Made by a program: the position numbers and the translations under genes. The notes under the pieces are model-generated. The model did no database searches, was not told where the DNA came from, and worked only from the letters and a program-made list of their open reading frames with translations. From Methanothrix sp. (GTDB lineage Archaea > Halobacteriota > Methanosarcinia > Methanotrichales > Methanotrichaceae), in the NCBI GenBank assembly GCA_963682135.1, contig OY821645.1, positions 1,280,001-1,344,000 on the forward strand: a DNA stretch of 64,000 nucleotides. Reading direction: 5' to 3'. Shown piece by piece: positions 10,775 through 19,922 of this stretch. Numbering within the stretch: position 1 is the first letter of the stretch; every line of letters starts with the position of its first letter.

Positions 10775-11254
10775 ATGCTAGAGAGCCAGGTCGCTGAAGA
10801 GATAAAAGAAGCTGAGGCCACCCCTGCAAAGCCAAAATCGCGCCGCCGCCTCAAGGTGGCCCATCCTGAACGCTGCATCGGCTGCGATAGCTGCATGTTT
10901 GCCTGCAGCCGCACGCGCACAGGCACCGTCTCCCTGCAAAACAGCGCCATCAAGGTGCAGACGCAGGGCGGAATTGAAGGCGATTTCCGTGTGATCGTCT
11001 GCCGGGCCTGTCAGGATCCGCCCTGTGCCCGAGCCTGCCCCACGGGCGCTATGGAGAAGAGGCCAAACGGCAGTGTAGTCTTTCACAAAGATCGCTGCAT
11101 CGGCTGCGGCAGCTGCGAAAAGGCCTGCCTGGTGGGGGCAGTAACCCTGAACAAGGATAAGAAGCCCATCAAATGCATTCACTGTGGAGCCTGCGTAGAC
11201 TTCTGTCCGCATGGCGTGCTCCAGTTGGAGGAGATCCCAGCCTCGGGAGGATGA
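10775..11254 (+). CDS. 4Fe-4S polyferredoxin, small subunit of the oxidoreductase
   Basis: Four Cys clusters: CIGCDSC..C, CRACQDPPC..CP, CIGCGSC..C, CIHCGAC..CP. Confidence 0.9.
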   Translation: MLESQVAEEIKEAEATPAKPKSRRRLKVAHPERCIGCDSCMFACSRTRTGTVSLQNSAIKVQTQGGIEGDFRVIVCRACQDPPCARACPTGAMEKRPNGSVVFHKDRCIGCGSCEKACLVGAVTLNKDKKPIKCIHCGACVDFCPHGVLQLEEIPASGG

Positions 11255-11255
11255 A

Positions 11256-12992
11256 ATGCTGCGAAAAGTTCTGTATATCGATCTTTCCAAAGGAGAATCA
11301 TGGGTTGAAGAGAAGCAGGAACTCTTCGAGAACTGGATGGGCGGGACGGGCGTGGGAATTCGGCTCCTCCAGGAGGAGTGCCCCCCAGGCACAGATCCTC
11401 TCTCGCCCCAGGCGCCCATAATCCTCTCCATTGGTCCCCTCAACGGCATATTTCCCGTGGCCACCAAGACGGTAGCCACCTTCAAATCCCCGCTTACAGG
11501 TGAATTGGGCGAATCTTATGCAGGAGGTAGGCTCTCTTTAGCCTTGAGGTTTGCCGGGCATGAGGCCGTGGTCATCCGCGGCCAGGCAGAGAAGCCTTCT
11601 TACATATCCATTAACGATTCAATCGTATTGATCAAAGACGCCACATCGATTTGGGGCATAGATGCTCAGACCTCGGGCGTGATCCTACGCGATCGCGAAC
11701 CGGGTGTGGGCAAAAGAAGCATCATTCGTATCGGCCCGGCGGGCGAGACTGGAGTAAGATATGCGGGTGTGGTAGTGGACACCTACCGCCACTTCGGGCG
11801 ACTGGGCCTTGGCGCCGTTTTCGGCTCCAAGAGACTCAAGGCCATGGTGATCTCGGGAACGGAGACAATCGATGTTCCTGATATCAAACGCTACAAAGAG
11901 ATCTACAACAGGCTCTACAAGATCACAGTGCAGACGGATGTCATGGAGAAGTACCATGATATCGGAACTTCCGTAAACATTAAAACCTTGAATTGGCTCA
12001 AGGGTCTGCCCACCAAAAATTTCCTTCTCTCCAGCTTTGCAGAAGGCGAAAAGATCAGCGGGGAAGCCTTCGCAGATAATCAGCTCATTCGCAGGCTCTC
12101 TTGCGCCGGCTGCCCCATCGGCTGTGTGCATATCGCCGCTATGAAGACGGCCTTTTCCAAACATCACGAATTCGAGGTAAGAAAGGTCTCCTATGATTAC
12201 GAGCCCATCTACTCCCTGGGCTCGAACCTGGGTGTGGACCAGGCGGAAGGAGTGTTGCAGCTCATAGATGTCTGTGAGAGGTTGGGCCTGGATGTCATGT
12301 CGGCGGGAGTGGTCCTCTCCTGGGCCACCGAGGCTCTGGAAAAGGGATTGATCACGAGCAAAGAGACCCAGGACGTTTTGCTACAGTGGAACAACGTGGA
12401 AGGCTACACAAGAGCTTTAGAGAACATAGTCAAGGCTCCCAATGAGTTCTACGCCGCACTTGCACGAGGAGCGGATTATGCTGCGCAAAAGTATGGCGGC
12501 ACCGAGTATGCCATGACTCTAGGAGGAAACGAGGTCTCAGGCTACCATACCGGCCCTGCTTCCATCGTAGGCCAGCTGGTGGGCGTGCGCCACTCTCATT
12601 TGGATAACGCCGGGTATGCCGTCGACCAGAAGGCGATCAAAAAGCACATGGATGCAGAGGTGATGGTCGATGAGATCATCAAGGAGGACAATTCCCGCGG
12701 CGTCTTCAACTCCCTGGTGGGCTGTTTGTTCGCCCGGGGAGTTTACACGGAAGAGAACATCATCGACTCATTGGGAGCGGTGGGCATAGTCAAGACAAAG
12801 GAAGATCTGCAAGAGCTGGGCCAAAGGATCTTTGAGGAAAAGTATAAATTCAAGGTGCAGGAGGGCTTCGATCTCTCCCGCGCCAGCATTCCCAAAAGGT
12901 TCTATGAGACCGTCTCTGCTGCGGGATTGGTGGCACCCGAGACGGTGGAAGAGATGCTCAAGATCTATCGAAAGAAGAGAGGTTGGAGCTAA
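11256..12992 (+). CDS. Tungsten/molybdopterin aldehyde:ferredoxin oxidoreductase family protein (possibly GOR-like)
   Basis: KSPLTG, GRLGLGAVFGSKRLKA, CAGCPIGC, DYEP, GLDVMSAG. Start MLRKVLYIDLS 1 nt after the ferredoxin stop. Confidence 0.9.
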   Translation: MLRKVLYIDLSKGESWVEEKQELFENWMGGTGVGIRLLQEECPPGTDPLSPQAPIILSIGPLNGIFPVATKTVATFKSPLTGELGESYAGGRLSLALRFAGHEAVVIRGQAEKPSYISINDSIVLIKDATSIWGIDAQTSGVILRDREPGVGKRSIIRIGPAGETGVRYAGVVVDTYRHFGRLGLGAVFGSKRLKAMVISGTETIDVPDIKRYKEIYNRLYKITVQTDVMEKYHDIGTSVNIKTLNWLKGLPTKNFLLSSFAEGEKISGEAFADNQLIRRLSCAGCPIGCVHIAAMKTAFSKHHEFEVRKVSYDYEPIYSLGSNLGVDQAEGVLQLIDVCERLGLDVMSAGVVLSWATEALEKGLITSKETQDVLLQWNNVEGYTRALENIVKAPNEFYAALARGADYAAQKYGGTEYAMTLGGNEVSGYHTGPASIVGQLVGVRHSHLDNAGYAVDQKAIKKHMDAEVMVDEIIKEDNSRGVFNSLVGCLFARGVYTEENIIDSLGAVGIVKTKEDLQELGQRIFEEKYKFKVQEGFDLSRASIPKRFYETVSAAGLVAPETVEEMLKIYRKKRGWS

Positions 12993-13025
12993 ACATAGTC
13001 AAATAATTATATCTAGATTCAGCCT

Positions 13026-13697
13026 CTACTTTGCCACTTCTTTTTCAGGCCGGGGTTTTGCTCCGTTCCTCTTTTTAGGGGAAGGCCTCACTCTTGCGGC
13101 AGAATTCTTCTCCACCTTCTTCCCTTCCAGGACATTTTCCACCTGGTCAGTCCCGAGATCCCGGATCATGCCCCTTCTGGCCATCCTATCCTTGATCATC
13201 CTCCGGACCTCATCTCCTCCCACAGAGAAGACCTCCCCGAGCAACTCCACGGCCACATCCAGCTCCCGGCCCACCTGCGGGTCTCCGGACGCACACCGGC
13301 CAGCCAGATCGCTAAGATGATCCAGGGGCTTATCTACCAGCTGTGAGGAGTATTTGTCAGGCTCTTCCCGGTAGATTTTGAGCATGCCGAAGATGTAAGG
13401 ATAGAGGGGCGTCTCGGGACTGATCCGGTAGAAGGTGTTGGTCTTCTTCTTGGCCTCATCACGAGGCGAGGGCAGTATTCGCCGCTCCATGGAGACGACC
13501 CCCAGGCGCTCCAGCTTGTCCAGTTTGTTCATGAGAGTGGTCTGGTTCCAGAAGGGGCCGCCCCCAGTGGGTCCATTATCCCGCCAGATCTGATTAAGCT
13601 GTACGTACCCGCCCTTTCGCTTAAGGTAAATCAGGAGAGAAGCCAGAGGAGCTTGATCGCGCTGCAGAGCGGAATAACGGATAAACTCATCCAACAT
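13026..13697 (-). CDS. Hypothetical protein with a winged-helix-like domain and basic C-terminal tail
   Basis: TTLMNKLDKLERLGVVSMERR...NTFYRIS resembles a wHTH recognition helix and wing. Confidence 0.6.
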   Translation of the reverse strand: MLDEFIRYSALQRDQAPLASLLIYLKRKGGYVQLNQIWRDNGPTGGGPFWNQTTLMNKLDKLERLGVVSMERRILPSPRDEAKKKTNTFYRISPETPLYPYIFGMLKIYREEPDKYSSQLVDKPLDHLSDLAGRCASGDPQVGRELDVAVELLGEVFSVGGDEVRRMIKDRMARRGMIRDLGTDQVENVLEGKKVEKNSAARVRPSPKKRNGAKPRPEKEVAK

Positions 13698-13789
13698 GTA
13701 CGTAGTTAGGGCGAATATACTCCATATTCTTTTCGGCCGATTTCCATACTCAAAGCATTTTTAATCCACCTCGCTATTTGTATACATTC

Positions 13790-14995
13790 ATGCAAGCGAT
13801 CATTCTCGCTGCGGGCGAGGGGAGCCGCATGCGTCCCTTGACCACCAATCAGCCCAAGGTAATGCTGCCTGTGGCAGGAAAGCCTCTGCTGGAGCACATA
13901 ATCTTGCGGGCTCACGACGCAGGTGCGGACCGTTTCGTTCTGGTGGTAGGATACGGGGCGAAGAGCGTGCGATCATACTTCGGTGACGGCAGCCGCCTGG
14001 GCGTGAAAATAGATTATGCCGACCAGGATAAACAGCTGGGCACCGGTCACGCCCTTATGGCCGCCCAAAGAAAGGCAGAGGAACGATTCCTGGTTTTAAA
14101 CGGTGATGTGCTACCTGATGGGGCATCCCTGCGGAAAATGGTGCGCGGCAGTACTGCCGTCTCGGCTATCAAGGTTGATGACCCCCGGAGATACGGTGTA
14201 TTTCAGGCAGAAGGAGATATATTCAAATCAGTAGTAGAGAAGAGTGCCAATCCGCCCTCCAATTTGGCCAATGCCGGCATCTACTTTTTTGAGAGAAGCA
14301 TCTTCGAAGCGATGCGATCAGCGCCGCTATCAGAGAGAGGAGAGTACGAGCTGACGGACGGCCTGAACCGACTGGGCTGCCAGGAGAAGATCAGAATCAT
14401 CACACTGAAGAGCTGGCTGGAGATCGGCCGGCCCTGGGATATCCTGGACGCCAACATGGTCATGCTCCCGGATATCAAGCCAGGCATCTTTGGCGAGGTT
14501 GAACACGGCGCGACTTTGTCTGGCGATGTGTCCATCGGCCGAGGAACAATCGTTCGCTCTGGAGCCTACATCGTGGGACCGGTCTTGATCGGAGAAGACT
14601 GCGACATTGGACCCAACTGCTACATCCGGCCCACGACCTGCATAGGCGACAAAGTCCGCATAGGAAATGCTGTCGAGGTTAAAAACAGCGCCATCATGAA
14701 CGGTAGCAAGATCGGCCACCTCTCCTATGTTGGAGATAGCATTATCGCAGAGAACTGCAATTTCGGGGCGGGAACCGTCTGCTCTAATTTGCGTCATGAC
14801 AAGGGCAATATAAAATCGTTCATCAAAGGAGAACGAGTGGATAGCGGCAGGCGCAAATTGGGCGTGATCATGGGAGACGATGTCATGACAGGTATCAATA
14901 CTTCGATCTACCCCGGAACGGTCATCACGTCCGGGTTCCGGGGACTGCCGGCAGCCATTCACAAAGGCCTGGTACAATCCGGCAAAGAAGGCTGA
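13790..14995 (+). CDS. glmU: Bifunctional sugar-1-phosphate nucleotidyltransferase/acetyltransferase (archaeal GlmU)
   Basis: ILAAGEGSRMRPLT..PK, LGTGHA, hexapeptide repeats, SNLRHD, RRKLGVIMGD. Confidence 0.9.
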   Translation: MQAIILAAGEGSRMRPLTTNQPKVMLPVAGKPLLEHIILRAHDAGADRFVLVVGYGAKSVRSYFGDGSRLGVKIDYADQDKQLGTGHALMAAQRKAEERFLVLNGDVLPDGASLRKMVRGSTAVSAIKVDDPRRYGVFQAEGDIFKSVVEKSANPPSNLANAGIYFFERSIFEAMRSAPLSERGEYELTDGLNRLGCQEKIRIITLKSWLEIGRPWDILDANMVMLPDIKPGIFGEVEHGATLSGDVSIGRGTIVRSGAYIVGPVLIGEDCDIGPNCYIRPTTCIGDKVRIGNAVEVKNSAIMNGSKIGHLSYVGDSIIAENCNFGAGTVCSNLRHDKGNIKSFIKGERVDSGRRKLGVIMGDDVMTGINTSIYPGTVITSGFRGLPAAIHKGLVQSGKEG

Positions 14996-15072
14996 ATATG
15001 ACAAGCCTTTTCAAGGCAAAGGATGATCAGAGGACAGAAATGAAAAAAATCGCAGCTACGAGGAGAACCAGG

Positions 15073-16176
15073 ATGAGAGATTTTATTCCCATAGCCAAGC
15101 CCATCATAGGCGATGAAGAGATTAAAGCAGTAGGTGAGGTGCTGAAAAGCGGTATGCTCGCCCAGGGCGAAAGCGTCAAACGCTTTGAAGATGAATTCTC
15201 CGGCTATCTGGGTGTGAAAAATGCCATTGCAGTAAACAACGGCACCGTAGCCCTGGATCTGACCATCAAGGCCCTGGGGTTGAAGCCTGGGGACGAGGTT
15301 ATAACGCCCGCCTTCACATTTATTGCTACCGCCAACTGCGCCATCTATAATGGCCTGCGACCCGTCTTTGCTGATGTGGACCCGAAGACCTTCAATATCG
15401 ATCCCGATGACCTGCAAAGAAGAATAACTCCCCACACCAGGGCCGTGATCGGCGTTCACCTCTACGGCCAGCCCTTCGACCTCTCGGCAGTATCGGATAT
15501 CTGCCAGGACGGGAATATAGCCCTGGTAGAAGACTGCGCTCAATCCCATGGAGCCGAATACCATGGCAAGAAGGTCGGCTCATTTGGCAGTGCAGGCTGC
15601 TTCTCCTTCTACCCCACCAAGAACATGACCACCGGCGAGGGTGGCATGATCACCACCAACGATGATGCCCTGGCCGCCCGTCTGCGCCTGCTGAGAAGCC
15701 ATGGAGACACGGGCAAGTACAACCACGCCACATTGGGCTACAATTACAGGATGATGAATTTACAGGGAGCAATCGGTCTGGTGCAGCTGGGGCGACTGGA
15801 GGAGTTCACGGCCAAGAGGATTTTGAATGCCGCATTTTTAAATGACAACATCAAGATCAAGGGCATCACTACTCCATTTCAGGCCAAAGATGTCAGGCAC
15901 GTTTATCATCAGTATGTGGTGCGGGTGGAGGAGAGCTTTGCCTCTTCCCGGGAGAAGCTGATGGAGTACCTTCAGGCTAAGGGAATAGGCAATGCCGTTC
16001 ACTACCCCAAGGCGGTTTACGAGCAGCCCCTCTACCGGGAGTTGGGCTATAACAACGAGAGCTGCCCTGTGTCCGAAGAGGTCTCCCACAAGGTGTTGAG
16101 CCTGCCTGTGCATCCCTCTCTCAGCAAGGAAGACTTGTTGTACATCTGCGAGACCATAAATTCCTTCGAGGCCTGA
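15073..16176 (+). CDS. DegT/DnrJ/EryC1/StrS aminotransferase (WbpE-like)
   Basis: VEDCAQSHGA, FSFYPTKNMTTGEGG, GYNYRM. Start MRDFIPIAKP has AGGAG upstream. Confidence 0.92.
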   Translation: MRDFIPIAKPIIGDEEIKAVGEVLKSGMLAQGESVKRFEDEFSGYLGVKNAIAVNNGTVALDLTIKALGLKPGDEVITPAFTFIATANCAIYNGLRPVFADVDPKTFNIDPDDLQRRITPHTRAVIGVHLYGQPFDLSAVSDICQDGNIALVEDCAQSHGAEYHGKKVGSFGSAGCFSFYPTKNMTTGEGGMITTNDDALAARLRLLRSHGDTGKYNHATLGYNYRMMNLQGAIGLVQLGRLEEFTAKRILNAAFLNDNIKIKGITTPFQAKDVRHVYHQYVVRVEESFASSREKLMEYLQAKGIGNAVHYPKAVYEQPLYRELGYNNESCPVSEEVSHKVLSLPVHPSLSKEDLLYICETINSFEA

Positions 16177-16178
16177 AC

Positions 16179-17102
16179 ATGGACGTTGGAGTCATCGGCG
16201 TAGGGGCCATGGGCCGAAATCATGTGCGGGTCTACTCGGAGATGAAAGGGGTAGGAACTGTTTATGTCTATGATCCGGTCTCTGAAAGCGCAGAGCACTC
16301 CCGGGAGTTTGCCACAATATGCAATTCATTGGAAGAGCTGCTGCGCCAGGTGGATGCAGTCAGCATCTGCGTGCCAACCAGGTACCACTTCGATACAGCC
16401 AAAAAAGTAATCGAAGCCGGGATTAACTGCCTTATTGAGAAACCCATCACATTGACAGTTGCTGAGGGGGTGCAGCTCACAAGAATCATCGATGGCAAAG
16501 AGCTGGTCGTGGGAGTGGGCCACATCGAGAGGTTCAACCCCATCGTGGCGGAGATGACAAAGATTGCCCAGCGACCTGATTATGTGTCCATCAAGAGACA
16601 TAATCCCACCTCCAGCCGCATCACCGATGCTTCTGTGGTAGAGGACCTCATGATCCATGACATCGACATTGCCTTCAATGTGCTTTTCAAGGGAGAGAGC
16701 GACTACAAGATATTCAGTGCGGGAAGCACAAACGTCTGCGAGGCTCTGGCCGTCTTCCCGGGCTGTGTGGTCTCCATCTCCGCCAGCCGCTTATCCTCCA
16801 AGAAGTTTCGTACTTTTTATGTTGAATCCGAGGACTATACGGCGGAAGGCGACTTCATGACCCAGGAGGTTTACATCTATCGTAAGCCCGGCAAGTACGG
16901 CGTGGAAAATGAGCGATACACCCAGGAGAACATCATCGAGAAGGTTCTGGTAAACAAGGTCGAGCCCCTGAAGGTAGAGCTGAAGACATTTTTGGACTGC
17001 GTCAAGAACAATAAGAGCTTCCCAGTCACGCCGCAAGAAGCCCTGAAGAACCTGCAAATTTGCGAGCAAATCAAGCAGGGATTGCAAATAAATAAGCCAT
17101 AG
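16179..17102 (+). CDS. Gfo/Idh/MocA oxidoreductase (WbpB-like)
   Basis: GVGAMGRNH, LIEKP, GHIERFNP, DLMIHDID. Confidence 0.9.
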   Translation: MDVGVIGVGAMGRNHVRVYSEMKGVGTVYVYDPVSESAEHSREFATICNSLEELLRQVDAVSICVPTRYHFDTAKKVIEAGINCLIEKPITLTVAEGVQLTRIIDGKELVVGVGHIERFNPIVAEMTKIAQRPDYVSIKRHNPTSSRITDASVVEDLMIHDIDIAFNVLFKGESDYKIFSAGSTNVCEALAVFPGCVVSISASRLSSKKFRTFYVESEDYTAEGDFMTQEVYIYRKPGKYGVENERYTQENIIEKVLVNKVEPLKVELKTFLDCVKNNKSFPVTPQEALKNLQICEQIKQGLQINKP

Positions 17103-17118
17103 GACGAGAAGAGGGGAA

Positions 17119-17700
17119 ATGCAAGGAGAAAACAATAGCTACTATGTCCATCCCACGGCCATTGTCGAGAGCCTGGCAATTGGTGAGGGCACAAAGATCT
17201 GGCATTTCGCCCATGTGCGCCGGGGCTCTAAGATCGGCAAGAGCTGCAACATAGGAAAGAGCGTTTACATCGACATCGATGCCGAGATCGGCAACAATGT
17301 GAAGATCCAGAACTTCGTCTCGGTTTATAAGGGCGTGATCATCGAGGACGATGTCTTCGTCGGACCTTCTGCCACCTTCACCAATGATTTGTATCCGCGT
17401 GCATTTATCTGGAATGAAAGCCACGTTTTTGCGACGCGCATCTGCCGGGGGGCCAGCATTGGGGCAAATGCCACAATAGTCTGCGGCATAACCGTAGGCG
17501 AGTATGCCATGATTGGCGCGGGAAGCGTCGTGGCGAAAGACGTGCCGCCCTTTGCTCTCGTGCTGGGCAATCCTGCCCGCCAGAAGGGTTATGTCTGCTA
17601 CTGCGGAGGCAGGCTGAAAGAGGATGCCACACAATCGGTCTACAAATGCCCGGCCTGCAAAAAGAGTGTGGAAATTAGGAAGGATAATAGAGATGTCTGA
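17119..17700 (+). CDS. Hexapeptide N-acetyltransferase (WbpD-like)
   Basis: IGEGTKIWHF, FVGPSATFTND, GNPAR, C-terminal CYCG..CPAC. Confidence 0.9.
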   Translation: MQGENNSYYVHPTAIVESLAIGEGTKIWHFAHVRRGSKIGKSCNIGKSVYIDIDAEIGNNVKIQNFVSVYKGVIIEDDVFVGPSATFTNDLYPRAFIWNESHVFATRICRGASIGANATIVCGITVGEYAMIGAGSVVAKDVPPFALVLGNPARQKGYVCYCGGRLKEDATQSVYKCPACKKSVEIRKDNRDV

Positions 17701-18880
17701 AGAGTATGCAAAGATTGCAGTCATTGGCCTTGGCAACGCCGGGCTGCCTCTGGCTGCAGTTATGGCGGACAGCGGCATTATGGTCATGGGCGTGGATATT
17801 AATGTTGAACGCTGCCGGATGATCAACCGAGGGGAAAATCCCATACCAGAGGAAGCGGGTTTAGAAGAGCTGATAAAAGAGCACGGCGGAAAAAGGCTCG
17901 TGGCTACGCCGCGATTCGAGGACGCGAGCGGCTGCCAAGCATTCATAGTGATCGTGCCCGTCTTTGTGGACGGCGGCAACAACCCCGACTTTTCAATTAT
18001 GGAGAAGGCACTGCATTCTCTGGGCAGGATCCTGAAGAAGGGAGACCTGGTCGTTTTAGAGACGACCTTTCCGCCCGGCACAACCCAAGGCATGGTGCAG
18101 GACTGGCTATGCGAGTCAAGCGGCCTTTCGGAGAGTGACTTTTTCCTGGCCTATTCACCCGAGAGGATAATGACCGGCTATAGCATCTCCAGGCTTCGAG
18201 AATTTCCCAAAGTGATCGGCGGCAGGGACGAAGAGAGCGGGATAATTGCCTACCAGGTCTATAAAAAATTCATCTGCAACCTTCATCTGGTCTCCTCGGC
18301 CAAAGTGGCAGAGATGATCAAGGTCATGGAAGGCTGCTATCGCGATGTAAATATTGCTCTGGCCAATGAACTCTTCAAGATTTGCGACGATTTGGGGGTC
18401 GACTTTTTCGAGGCCAGAGACAACGCCAACCACCAGTTCTGCCACATCCATCTGCCATCTACCGGCGTAGGCGGCCACTGCATTCCAGTATACCCCTGGT
18501 TTCTCATAAAAGAGATGGAGAAGAGAGAGCACTTCAGCAATTGCCGCTTGCTTCATGTCTCACGAGAGATCAACGACGAGATGATCCGCTACTGGGCGCA
18601 AAGAATATTGCAAGAGTGCATGAAAATCAATAAGCCGCTCTTTTGCATTAAGATCTGCATCAAGGGCATAACCTTCCGAGCAGGCGTAAAAGAGTTCTAT
18701 CACAGCCGCAACCTTGCCTTAGCCAGACTGCTTATGGAAAAGGGACTTGATGCTTACGTATATGATTCCATGCTAAGCGAGCAAGATGTGCAGACAAAGG
18801 GCCTGCGCTACATCGATCCAAAGATGGCGGATCTGCTCTTCGATCCCTTCCGTCTTACCTTTGAGTATCCAGAAAAATGA
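17693..18880 (+). CDS. Nucleotide-sugar 6-dehydrogenase (WbpA/WecC-like)
   Basis: GLGNAGLP, ETTFPPGTT, SPER, AEMIK, GVGGHC. Confidence 0.88.
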   Translation: MSEEYAKIAVIGLGNAGLPLAAVMADSGIMVMGVDINVERCRMINRGENPIPEEAGLEELIKEHGGKRLVATPRFEDASGCQAFIVIVPVFVDGGNNPDFSIMEKALHSLGRILKKGDLVVLETTFPPGTTQGMVQDWLCESSGLSESDFFLAYSPERIMTGYSISRLREFPKVIGGRDEESGIIAYQVYKKFICNLHLVSSAKVAEMIKVMEGCYRDVNIALANELFKICDDLGVDFFEARDNANHQFCHIHLPSTGVGGHCIPVYPWFLIKEMEKREHFSNCRLLHVSREINDEMIRYWAQRILQECMKINKPLFCIKICIKGITFRAGVKEFYHSRNLALARLLMEKGLDAYVYDSMLSEQDVQTKGLRYIDPKMADLLFDPFRLTFEYPEK

Positions 18881-18910
18881 TAAGAACAGAGGATAGAAAG
18901 GACGAAGAAA

Positions 18911-19903
18911 ATGAGGATACTTCTTCTCTCCAATCAGCCGGAGAGGACTACAAGGCTCTTGATGTTCAAAGCAACCCTGGAGAGCCAGGGCCAGCAGGTC
19001 ATCGTGCCCCGATTCAGCTCGCATAGCTGGCTGCAAATAGCCAGGGAAGCCAGAGAGATCCTGCAAAAGGAGAAGCCTGATGTGGTACATCTCTTCAATG
19101 TGCCGGATATCATCTTTCATGGGTTAGGCAAGCTGAAGGGTTCCTGCTACAAGAAGCTCATTTACGATTACCGTTCCCCCTGGGGAGTAGAACTGCAGAT
19201 GAGCTTCGGACCGCTGGCCAGGCCCGCAGGCGAATATTTTGAGCGAGAGCTGGCAAGAGTGGCTGATGTGATCACAGCCGTCAACCGGCCTCTGGCAGAT
19301 AAGGTGCGCTCTTACGTTCATGGAATGGAAAAGCCTCTCTTCATTGTGAACAACTATCCGGCAAGAAGTTTCCTGCAAAAGAGCAAAATTTCTGACACTT
19401 CAGAGTCTGCCAGTGAGAAGCCCATCGTCTTCATGGGGAGAATCAGCCGCCAGGAGGGCATAGGCAATCTGCTCCGCCTTATTCGAAATATTCCGAAGCA
19501 GCCCTTCTGGATCATAGGCGACGGGCCTTTTTCTCGCTGGTATCTGAGAAAGCTTCCCAAGAATGCTCGATTCTTCGGCTGGCAGCCGCATGATAAGGTG
19601 GCCGGGCTGATCAGCCAGGCCAGGATCTGCCTTATTCCTCACAGCGAGAGCCTGCTCACGCCCTATGCCACAGACAGAAGCGTCTGGAAGCTGAATGAGT
19701 ACCTGCTGCTGGGAAAGACGGTGGTGGCTTCCGGGGTGACAGAGGAGGAGAAGAGGAAGAACCTGGTGGTTGTGAAGGCAGAAAAGCTGGAGGAAGCGGT
19801 GCGGGAGAATCTCCTGCGTGAACCGGAAAAACTCGCGGCAGAGGATTACAGGTTCTGGGACAGAAACGACCGGACGATCCAAGAGGCTTACGAGAGCCTT
19901 TAG
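18911..19903 (+). CDS. Glycosyltransferase, GT4-like
   Basis: KPDVVHL, FMGRIS..EG, IGDGP, KLNEY. Confidence 0.8.
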   Translation: MRILLLSNQPERTTRLLMFKATLESQGQQVIVPRFSSHSWLQIAREAREILQKEKPDVVHLFNVPDIIFHGLGKLKGSCYKKLIYDYRSPWGVELQMSFGPLARPAGEYFERELARVADVITAVNRPLADKVRSYVHGMEKPLFIVNNYPARSFLQKSKISDTSESASEKPIVFMGRISRQEGIGNLLRLIRNIPKQPFWIIGDGPFSRWYLRKLPKNARFFGWQPHDKVAGLISQARICLIPHSESLLTPYATDRSVWKLNEYLLLGKTVVASGVTEEEKRKNLVVVKAEKLEEAVRENLLREPEKLAAEDYRFWDRNDRTIQEAYESL

Positions 19904-19922
19904 AATACAAAAAAATGTGGCC

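Noticed and set aside
17071-18093. 340-aa minus-strand ORF
   Set aside because: Antisense to the wbpD/wbpA-like genes; no recognisable domain
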